A DNA stretch of 12,557 nucleotides. Origin: Oligoflexales bacterium. Lineage in GTDB: Bacteria; Bdellovibrionota_B; Oligoflexia; Oligoflexales; Bog-1112. Made by a program: the position numbers and the translations under genes. The stretch spans positions 1-12,557 of the forward strand of contig JBGCDR010000344.1 of assembly GCA_045105515.1 (NCBI GenBank), written 5' to 3'. How positions within the stretch are numbered: the stretch's first letter is position 1; every line of letters begins with the position of its first letter. This document shows, piece by piece, positions 1-7,245 of this stretch. The notes under the pieces are model-generated. The model saw only the letters and a list, made by a program, of their open reading frames with translations. It searched no databases and was not told where the DNA came from.

Positions 1-2
1 CC

Positions 3-617
3 ATTGTTAGATTATGCTTGAATAGTCAAAAAAATACATCTCAAATATTTTTGACAACAAAAATTTTGTTAAAAAAATATGCTGAACCCATTTTAACGTA
101 CTTCAAAATTTGGTTAAAAGCTTACTTGAATCAACCCTGGGCCTCTAAGCAGATTAGAACCCATGTAGACGCGCAGATGGGGACGTTTGTGAGACGTGAA
201 ATTGGAGACCAAGTTAGGAGTCAATTGATTCCCGAAGTTTGGATCAAATTAATGTCTGAAATCAACACAGAAATCGAGTCTCTTATAAAATCGAAAATTG
301 ACCAAGATCTGATTTCCAAAATGAAAGGTGATTTACCCAATTTCCAATTTGGATCAACATATCAGAATGGCAAACTAAATGAAATTCTAGTGTTAGCGAT
401 CAACTACGCATATGCGCTATATCAGATTGGGAGTTCGTCATTTAAATTGTCCGAGGAATTTACCTTTATTCTTAAGAAGCTTGAATTGATTATTTCAGAG
501 AAAATAAGCGAAGAAGAAGCCACAGGTATTCTCAACATCTTAAATGTACCCGAAACACCAGATGGAAGTGACCTTATAGATGCACCTCTACAAGTGTTAA
601 AAGAGCTACTTCCCTAA
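3..617 (+). CDS. Hypothetical protein, probably 5'-truncated by the window edge; contains a 4-residue-period hydrophobic repeat
   Basis: The frame is open from position 3 (att gtt aga tta tgc ttg...) to TAA at 615-617, so the TTG at 18 need not be the true start. Every fourth residue is hydrophobic over nt 153-335. Confidence 0.65.
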   Translation: MVRLCLNSQKNTSQIFLTTKILLKKYAEPILTYFKIWLKAYLNQPWASKQIRTHVDAQMGTFVRREIGDQVRSQLIPEVWIKLMSEINTEIESLIKSKIDQDLISKMKGDLPNFQFGSTYQNGKLNEILVLAINYAYALYQIGSSSFKLSEEFTFILKKLELIISEKISEEEATGILNILNVPETPDGSDLIDAPLQVLKELLP

Positions 618-785
618 GTTGTAAACAAGAGTGAAAAATCTTGCCTAAGAAATAATCTACAATTGCAAACAAACCTAAGCTAATATTTGCTCACCTATTA
701 AATCACCTAATGTATTGTAATTTTTTCTGGAATGCGTTAGTTCAGCTATTGCCCTAAAATTTGAAATTAAGCTGGGAGATTGGAA

Positions 786-2567
786 ATGAAAAAAGTGCTA
801 TGTCTCGTTGCCATGTGGTCGTCTGTTTGCATTTCTCAACCACAGAAAGAAGTTCCTACTTCAAGGATCCCAAATCAAGTTTTCCAAGAAGGCTCTAACA
901 GTGACTTTATAAGTAGAGGTTCTGAAAGCTTTCAGACCAGTAGAAGGAGTTCTCTAAAATATAGGTCCATGCTTACAGCAGTCATTGGCCTCTCGCTATT
1001 GTTGCAACCTTCGGCAACAGTTGCGGAAGATTTAAGCGGCTCTATTAGGGGCAAAAGGAATAAGAGGAAACAATCAGTAGGTATTGTTGGTGCTGGTTTA
1101 TCAGGCCTATTTTCAGCTTGGCGCTTAGCTAGAATGGGATACAGGGATATTACTATCTACGAAAAGTCTGATCATGTTGGTGGAGTCATCAGCACCTTTA
1201 CCTTAGATGATGGAAGACCTTTCGACTTAGCAACAATGTGGGTTCCTGACTCTTCAGTTTATGGTGCTGGCATTTTGAAGGAGTATAAGAAAGTTCTCAA
1301 GTCATTCGACCAATCCCTAGTATATGGTGACTTACAGGGAACACTTGTAACACCAGATGGAGATTCACCTCAGCAAAATTTACCTCTTACAGACTTACAT
1401 CCTGGAGCCTTTGCGCTCATGAATCCTCCATTCTCTCTATCTAGGACACAGATGATTAGCCTTAATGTTGAAGGCTTTAAATTACTGAAAAATTTTAGGT
1501 CCTGCATTGATCAGGGACTATCTTGTACTGAATGCGGAATTTGTGAATCTGCATCCGAACTTCCAGAAGAGTTTGGAGTTAGAACAGGAACCCAGGCCTT
1601 AATGCTTTCTTTTGGAGCGTTGGTGAATACCCTAGGAGCGGGCCCTACCAATTCAAATTTTCCACTTAGAACTGCCGAATTTATCCTAAAAACCTCCACT
1701 ACTTGGTATCCACCAGTAATGATTCAAGCCTTCAATTTCTTAGGAGCAACGACGGACGAATTAATGCAGTATAATGCTGAGCCCGAGTTAATCGAGATTA
1801 TGGAATCAAATAGATTCTCTGGTCCCGTTGGCTACCTCAACTTACAAGAAGGTTTCCAAGCCTTTGCTGAGTCTATTGCTCAGGAATTTTCCGTCAAACT
1901 AAACACTACGGTAGAAGCAGTAAAAGCAGATGATGATTCATGGGTAGTAGAAACAAATCAAGGGTCATTTTGTCATGACATTCTCATCTTAGCCAATCCT
2001 CCACGTTTAGAAGCAGATAAAGAAATGTTTCCGGAAGGATCAGTTAAATCAGCAATTGACTTAATCGACACAACTCAGCCTGAAAGTCATATCCTATTGT
2101 ACGATATTGGGGATTCAGAATGGAATTCTAACTTGATTCCAGAAAAATCTGCTTTCATTAGGTTTTTTGCTGCTAATGGCCCCTCACTTCCCTTCACTTT
2201 TTTTGTAAAAAGATATGCAGATAACGGAGCTGTAGAGATTGCTGGCGGAGTTCCCCAAGGCATACTCAGCGCAGAAGATCTTGCTGGATTAGCAGAAATT
2301 CAACTTGGTGGCATTTTATCGACAAACGCCAACATAACTAAATTATCTCAATCTAAAATCATGTTTCCACCACTTCCACTTCCTCAAGATGAGCAAGAAT
2401 GGCAAGATAATCTTAAAGATATTGAAGAACTAAGGGATGATGGCCTTTACATAGTCGGTGAGCATGTTTGTGGAACCGGTATACCTGAAATAGCATTATG
2501 CATAGATAAAACTTTTAAAAATCTTAAGTGCAGAAGAAAAGGTAAAAAAGGAAGAGGAAAAGGTTAA
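786..2567 (+). CDS. Exported FAD-dependent oxidoreductase (flavin amine oxidase / NAD_binding_8-type Rossmann fold; possibly related to polyunsaturated fatty acid isomerases)
   Basis: Dinucleotide-binding motif VGIVGAGLSGL...ITIYEKSDHVGG, then GRPFDLA and a C-terminal FAD-contact motif GLYIVGE. ATG at 786 is preceded by GGGAG (774-778). N-terminus MKKVLCLVAMWSSVCIS is signal-like. Confidence 0.85.
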   Translation: MKKVLCLVAMWSSVCISQPQKEVPTSRIPNQVFQEGSNSDFISRGSESFQTSRRSSLKYRSMLTAVIGLSLLLQPSATVAEDLSGSIRGKRNKRKQSVGIVGAGLSGLFSAWRLARMGYRDITIYEKSDHVGGVISTFTLDDGRPFDLATMWVPDSSVYGAGILKEYKKVLKSFDQSLVYGDLQGTLVTPDGDSPQQNLPLTDLHPGAFALMNPPFSLSRTQMISLNVEGFKLLKNFRSCIDQGLSCTECGICESASELPEEFGVRTGTQALMLSFGALVNTLGAGPTNSNFPLRTAEFILKTSTTWYPPVMIQAFNFLGATTDELMQYNAEPELIEIMESNRFSGPVGYLNLQEGFQAFAESIAQEFSVKLNTTVEAVKADDDSWVVETNQGSFCHDILILANPPRLEADKEMFPEGSVKSAIDLIDTTQPESHILLYDIGDSEWNSNLIPEKSAFIRFFAANGPSLPFTFFVKRYADNGAVEIAGGVPQGILSAEDLAGLAEIQLGGILSTNANITKLSQSKIMFPPLPLPQDEQEWQDNLKDIEELRDDGLYIVGEHVCGTGIPEIALCIDKTFKNLKCRRKGKKGRGKG

Positions 2568-2594
2568 AAAGAGAGATCCCTCTGATTTCCATTG

Positions 2595-2637
2595 AGAGCT
2601 TAGGATTTTTGCTTTTAAGCATTAAATCCTATGCTCT
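2595..2637. terminator. Imperfect 43-nt hairpin between convergent genes (possible bidirectional terminator or RNA-stabilising stem)
   Basis: AGAGC-T-TAGGATTT-T-TGCT-[TTTA]-AGCA-TT-AAATCCTA-T-GCTCT; the arms are complementary. There is no clear U-tract on either side. Confidence 0.45.
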
Positions 2638-2735
2638 AAGTTCACCCTAGTAAAAGTACCTCCTAAACAGCTCCAGGCTAACACTCACATTATTCCCACT
2701 CCTAAATAAGAAATTATATACTCCAAGCAAAACTT

Positions 2736-3698
2736 TTATTGGAAGTAGCCATAATAGTAGTAAGCTCCAGCTCCGGTTCCAGCCAAAGCGACAACTCCCG
2801 GAACCAGTAATTTTCTTATAAATGAACGATCATCCATTACGTTCTGTGCTGCTCGCTCTTGTTCAAGAATGCTGTCTCGTGCAGCATCAATTTCATCAAC
2901 TAGCTTTTCAAGTTTATTATTTAGCTCTTCTAAATTTTCAGAAGAATTCGATGCACGTAAATTTTCCTCTTCACTTATATTACTCAACGAATCGTGCATA
3001 TCCCTAATAATTTCAGCAGTATCAAGTTCTTCTTGTTCTTCAGAATCTGCAAGCGATTCTAGAATCCAACTCAGATCTTTCAAAGATTTTTCAATCATAG
3101 AACTTCTTTTACAATGGATCTTTTTTTTCTTACGTAGTGACCTAATACCATCCTCCGTCAATCCATGCTTTTCTTCAAGAGAACAAAGATCTTCTCTAAG
3201 CTTACTACTTTCGTCTAAGATCTCAGTTGCCTCCTGTAATTTAACTTGCTCTTGCTCCTGCTTGGTTTGCATTTTAGCTAGAAGGTACTTCTGAGAATAC
3301 AACTCATTCTTTTTCTTCCGGACCTCTTTTGCTTGAGCTTGTTTTTCCTCTGCTATTTTTTGTAATTTCTCAGATATCCCAGCTAATTTATTTCTAATTT
3401 GTTGCTCTTTATTAGCTAATTCATCTAAATTATTGTCAGTCGTCTGAGTATCTTGCTCGAGCTGGCTAATCCATTTTTTCGTATCATCTATCTGTGTTTT
3501 TCGAACATTTGCATTTTCCTGCCATTTAGCTGCTGCTTGAGAAAGTGGGTTAATATCTCCTCTAGCTAAACTCGACCAGTGAACAACAATACTCTGTGTG
3601 GTGACTTCAGCAGGCTGCTCTTCTTCTAAATCATCAGAAGCAAAACTATTAAGAGAGCTTAAGAAAAGTGCAGAAACGATACCAATCTTAATTAACAT
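2736..3698 (-). CDS. Hypothetical coiled-coil protein with N-terminal signal peptide and C-terminal membrane anchor
   Basis: ATG at 3698 is preceded by AGGGG. Signal-like MLIKIGIVSALFLSSLNSFA|SDD, an E/K/Q/L-rich helical body, and a terminal hydrophobic LLVPGVVALAGTGAGAYYYYGYFQ. Confidence 0.8.
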   Translation of the reverse strand: MLIKIGIVSALFLSSLNSFASDDLEEEQPAEVTTQSIVVHWSSLARGDINPLSQAAAKWQENANVRKTQIDDTKKWISQLEQDTQTTDNNLDELANKEQQIRNKLAGISEKLQKIAEEKQAQAKEVRKKKNELYSQKYLLAKMQTKQEQEQVKLQEATEILDESSKLREDLCSLEEKHGLTEDGIRSLRKKKKIHCKRSSMIEKSLKDLSWILESLADSEEQEELDTAEIIRDMHDSLSNISEEENLRASNSSENLEELNNKLEKLVDEIDAARDSILEQERAAQNVMDDRSFIRKLLVPGVVALAGTGAGAYYYYGYFQ

Positions 3699-3918
3699 GA
3701 ACAATTCCCCTAAAAAATTGATTAGGTCGCTTTTGGTAGCACAATCCAATTTTAGGGTACAATAGACTTTACATAGCAAAATGCTGTATGACTGCTATCT
3801 ATTGATATCTAAAAGAAAAAATAGTCGGTATATGATCATATTTTATACATAACCAAATATTTGATCTTTTCATGAAAGGCTACTTTAAGATACTACCTAA
3901 ATATTATTTACAGCTTGC

Positions 3919-3958
3919 TTGACATCTCAATTGTCAAATTTGCATACTAGAGAGTATG
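3919..3958 (+). promoter_or_regulatory. Putative sigma70 promoter of the VOC gene, with overlapping palindromic operator-like sites
   Basis: Perfect -35 TTGACA (3919-3924), 18-nt spacer, -10-like CATACT (3943-3948). Inverted repeats TTGACA-N7-TGTCAA (3919-3937) and CATACT-N4-AGTATG (3943-3958). Confidence 0.5.
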
Positions 3959-3999
3959 ACTATTGCCATTCCAGCAGATACTTTACCAGAGGATCTTAA

Positions 4000-4392
4000 A
4001 TGAGTACTGTACCAATAATTTGCGTGAAAAATGTTGAAGAGACATCGAAAACTCTCCAAAATCTTTTCGATTGGACAAGTGAGCACGGAGGAAGCCATTT
4101 TGATGACTTAGTAGATCGAAAAGGCAGGTCTGTTCTGTGGCTTCATGATTTCAATTCTGACCATCACCCAAGGTTCAAAGAAGTTGAATTAAAAGCAAGA
4201 GGAATTGGGGTATCGATTTATGTATTGGTAAAAAATATTGATGAAACTTCAGCAAAATCGCAAAAGCTGGACCTAAAGATTGTCGAAGAGCTACATATGA
4301 ATGAAAATGCGCGTTTTCGGGAATTTACCCTTCAAATAGAAGATGGCTATTTTTTTACCGTTTGTGAAAAAAGTGATTGGCTAAAAATTTAG
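4000..4392 (+). CDS. VOC family (glyoxalase/bleomycin resistance/dioxygenase superfamily) protein
   Basis: 130 aa with VOC-like segments PIICVKNVEET, GIGVSIYVLVKNIDE and REFTLQIEDGYFFTV. SD-like AGAGGA lies upstream of the ATG at 4000. Confidence 0.85.
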   Translation: MSTVPIICVKNVEETSKTLQNLFDWTSEHGGSHFDDLVDRKGRSVLWLHDFNSDHHPRFKEVELKARGIGVSIYVLVKNIDETSAKSQKLDLKIVEELHMNENARFREFTLQIEDGYFFTVCEKSDWLKI

Positions 4393-4472
4393 CTCACATG
4401 CATAATCTATCAATAATTCACTACAACACCCGAATTGTTTGACAAAACCTAATATTAAAAAGGAAGTTAATC

Positions 4473-4619
4473 ATGCAAACTTCAGCAAGTATGTTGATAA
4501 ATGCCTCTAAAGAGCAAGCCTGGGATGTAGTAACCGACATCGAGAAAGCACAAGAATTCCGAGACTACACGCTAATATCAAAATGTAAAACTTCTTCCTT
4601 TCTACCCAAGGATTCATAG
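4473..4619 (+). pseudogene. Truncated SRPBCC (START/polyketide cyclase-like) family gene remnant
   Basis: SD AAGGAAG precedes ATG at 4473. Translation MQTSASMLINASKEQAWDVVTDIEKAQEF fits the SRPBCC N-terminal pattern (S-x-x-I-x-A-[PS]-x-E-x-x-W-x-x-x-T-D). The resemblance ends near 4559; the frame then runs antisense through the aac 3' end to TAG at 4617-4619. Not in the ORF track (48 aa). Confidence 0.65.
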
Positions 4620-5008
4620 AGCTTAATTGCCGGCTCATCTCCATAATCTGCCTGAACAAAAATGACCCATGCGCCAAGCTGCTTGGCAATTGATTTGAGA
4701 GAATTAATGAGCTGCGTAGCAATACCTTGTCTACGAAATGCTGTTTGCACAGCTAAATCATAAATATAGACCTCGCTACGCTCTTTTTCGAATTTATTCA
4801 AAACATAAGCAACCAAACCCCCAACAACCGCACCTGCTCTTTTTTCAACAAGGAAGATCATATTTTCATTCCCAAGCAACTTATTTAAGTAAATTTCGGA
4901 GGGAGGATGCTCAGAATACGATTGTTTATCCTCAAATTCTGCAGCAAACAAATCCATCAGATAACGATAGCTCTGAATTTCACCTTTATTAAGTCTAATA
5001 GTTGACAT
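4565..5008 (-). CDS. aac(3)-I: AAC(3)-I family aminoglycoside 3-N-acetyltransferase (GNAT)
   Basis: 147 aa from ATG 5008 (GGGGT SD-like upstream). Carries AAC(3)-I hallmark blocks DLFxxEFxD, AVVGGLVAYVLxKFE, RSEVYIYDLAV, RRQGIAT (acetyl-CoA motif A), VIFVQADYGDEPA and EEVLHFDI. Confidence 0.9.
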   Translation of the reverse strand: MSTIRLNKGEIQSYRYLMDLFAAEFEDKQSYSEHPPSEIYLNKLLGNENMIFLVEKRAGAVVGGLVAYVLNKFEKERSEVYIYDLAVQTAFRRQGIATQLINSLKSIAKQLGAWVIFVQADYGDEPAIKLYESLGRKEEVLHFDISV

Positions 5009-5233
5009 ATTACTTACCCCATGAACAAAACGTTTTTTCGATAAAAGAAAAATTTCAGGGAATATCAATTGCATCTTAAATTTTAACAGAAATATCAGGT
5101 ATTAGCATAGATTTATCAAAACAAAAGTGGATTTTTTAATCTATCTTTAGTCACTATATTTTTGCAATATCAGCGTAAATAGTATATTAATGGCCTTTAT
5201 TGTTTTACTAGAATTTTACAGGGTAAGGTAATT

Positions 5234-7222
5234 ATGAAGAATTTCATCCTCCTAAGTTTAAGCCTTTTTGCCTGGGCTAGCATTGGACTATCAAAAAACA
5301 ATCTCACCTTGACCGAGAACCAAACTGTTAAAACCCCTTTGTTTAAATTAATGAAGACTTTGGGATATACAGGGGAAAATAATTTATCCCAGCTTAATGC
5401 CTATGCTCAAAAACACCTTTTGCGCCCTGCTGACAAAGAAAGATGGAACGTTTATGACGACCAGCTGACAAAATCACACCAAGAAATCATTATTAAGACC
5501 TTAGATGAATTCGGATTCTTTGATGAAGTCACTCCAGAATTAGATCAAGTCTATGAAAATGTGCTGATTCTAGGAGCTTCAGTCGGACGCATGAGATCAA
5601 GAGTAGCGTTTTTTAACAAGCTTGCTTCACAGGGTCTTAAATACAAAAAAGTTTACTTTTTGACTGGCGAACGCCCCCTTGACTCAAGAATTGAAAGTGA
5701 GTCAATACTTTTTGAGCCAGGCCCGAACCAAATCTTCAGGAAAAATTGGCAACGACCCAAGGTTGCTCCTAGCAATGAAAGTGGGGGAGCTAGGTTAGCA
5801 TGGGACCAATTGATCGGTTCTAAAGAAAAACCAATTTTTGTTGATGTACCAATGAATAAAGATAAACGACCATCTACCATTGATACCATTAATACTTGGC
5901 TGGATAAGAGCCCCGCACATGGCAAAACTCTAGTCATTTCTAACAATCCTTATATTCCTTATCAACATGCCGTCGTCCTTGGGGCCCTAATAAAAAAAGG
6001 TTTTATCACAGCTAATGATGGGCCCATTTTAACGACTGTAGGTTCCGGCACCAAGCCAGATAAGGAGCGTTTGCGAGTGCTTTTAGATAATGTAGCAAGA
6101 ACACTTTATAATGAAAAAATAATCTGGGAAGCAAAAGCAGACCGCAAGCTTGTTCAAATTCTCGTCGATAAAGACTACCGAGGAGACGAGAACCAAGTCT
6201 TAGGTATCCGAGATGCACTCATTGCTTTGGGAACTACTAAAGCCGATTTCGCAGTTAGCCCTTATGAAGCATTTAAAATGCCCATCGAGAAAAAAGCTCC
6301 TGATGTATTCCTTATTTCTGGATCAACAGGGCTATCATTTTTACTGCAGCATAGCAAACAACTACCTAGTAAGTCTTCAGTAATTTGGAGTGGACATCAG
6401 ACAGTTAAATATTTAAGTACAGTCGCTCACAAAACTTCATTAATTATTTTGCCTAAGCATGCGGTTAACAAAGACAATGAAATGAGCCTTAGAAGCAAGA
6501 CTAAACTGCTCCTTGTTGAAGGTGTTCCCCATAGAGTAATGAAAAGCTCATTAAAAAAAGCTAAAAAGGACTATGAAAGTAAAAATGGCTTACTTCCCGA
6601 ACAAAAGTTTAAAAACCTTGGAATTGTCCTCCCTGGTGATGCTCCTAATGAAAAGGGCGAAATGCTATTTTTTACTCCGGATGATGCTAAGAAATTGGCA
6701 AGAAACATCGTTGCAGTGGAAGGTACCAATAAGCATTACTTGGTAACTAACGGTCCAAGAACAGGGAGCCATAACTACGTTTCTCGTAAAAAGCTGGAGC
6801 CCTCGCCACATCGCAGTAAAATGCTTGATACTGTCACCTCAGCCTTTATGAAAGAGCTAAATAAATTAGGTGTCAAAAAAACAAGCATTTATGACTTTCA
6901 GTTCTCAAACCTTCCAAGTGTTTACCAGCCCTTACTTTCTCTTGCTGCTGATGGTATGCGCATTCATATCCCCGGAGAATCTACATCCATGGTTACAGAA
7001 AGTACCGATGTTGCAGGAAACGTTGTGATAGATATTGTACCAAGCATGAACCAAGAGCATCTTAGCCATTCAAGGGCAATTAAAAAGCGTGAAGCTGCCC
7101 ACATTCTGACTTGGGAAGGAAAATTTGAAAGCTTCGCAAAGCCGCATAAAGAAAAAACCAATAGGAAAACCCCGGCAGAAATCGCTGCCAAAGAGATTAG
7201 CAAGGCCTTTTTGCTCAATTAG
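5234..7222 (+). CDS. Exported two-domain protein: N-terminal DUF218/YdcF-like domain fused to a C-terminal ELM1/GtrOC1-family putative glycosyltransferase domain
   Basis: Signal-like MKNFILLSLSLFAWASIGLS and SD AAGGT. N-domain motifs VLILGA, LTGERPL, RPSTIDT, VISNNPY, LDNVAR. C-domain (from about aa 305) motifs GDENQVLGI, IILPKH, GVPHRV, IVLPGD, LVTNGPRTG and GESTSMVTE parallel the ELM1-family motifs (GHxNQxxGL, GxLHRV, LIGG, TTSRRTP, DSVSMISE). Confidence 0.7.
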   Translation: MKNFILLSLSLFAWASIGLSKNNLTLTENQTVKTPLFKLMKTLGYTGENNLSQLNAYAQKHLLRPADKERWNVYDDQLTKSHQEIIIKTLDEFGFFDEVTPELDQVYENVLILGASVGRMRSRVAFFNKLASQGLKYKKVYFLTGERPLDSRIESESILFEPGPNQIFRKNWQRPKVAPSNESGGARLAWDQLIGSKEKPIFVDVPMNKDKRPSTIDTINTWLDKSPAHGKTLVISNNPYIPYQHAVVLGALIKKGFITANDGPILTTVGSGTKPDKERLRVLLDNVARTLYNEKIIWEAKADRKLVQILVDKDYRGDENQVLGIRDALIALGTTKADFAVSPYEAFKMPIEKKAPDVFLISGSTGLSFLLQHSKQLPSKSSVIWSGHQTVKYLSTVAHKTSLIILPKHAVNKDNEMSLRSKTKLLLVEGVPHRVMKSSLKKAKKDYESKNGLLPEQKFKNLGIVLPGDAPNEKGEMLFFTPDDAKKLARNIVAVEGTNKHYLVTNGPRTGSHNYVSRKKLEPSPHRSKMLDTVTSAFMKELNKLGVKKTSIYDFQFSNLPSVYQPLLSLAADGMRIHIPGESTSMVTESTDVAGNVVIDIVPSMNQEHLSHSRAIKKREAAHILTWEGKFESFAKPHKEKTNRKTPAEIAAKEISKAFLLN

Positions 7223-7245
7223 TTAAGAGCGAAGTTCAAATGGTA

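Noticed and set aside
2822..3294. Plus-strand ORFs 2822-3007 and 2869-3294
   Set aside because: These are antisense shadows of the coiled-coil gene; the Ser/Leu/Phe richness is what the reverse complement of Glu/Lys codons gives.
4393..4564. attC site or integron cassette context for aac(3)-I
   Set aside because: No RYYYAAC...GTTRRRY-bounded palindrome follows the aac stop on the minus strand, and there is no integrase in the window. The downstream DNA is better explained as an SRPBCC remnant.
4507..4992. ORFs 4507-4722 (-) and 4738-4992 (+)
   Set aside because: They overlap the well-supported aac(3)-I gene in other frames and have no recognisable motifs.
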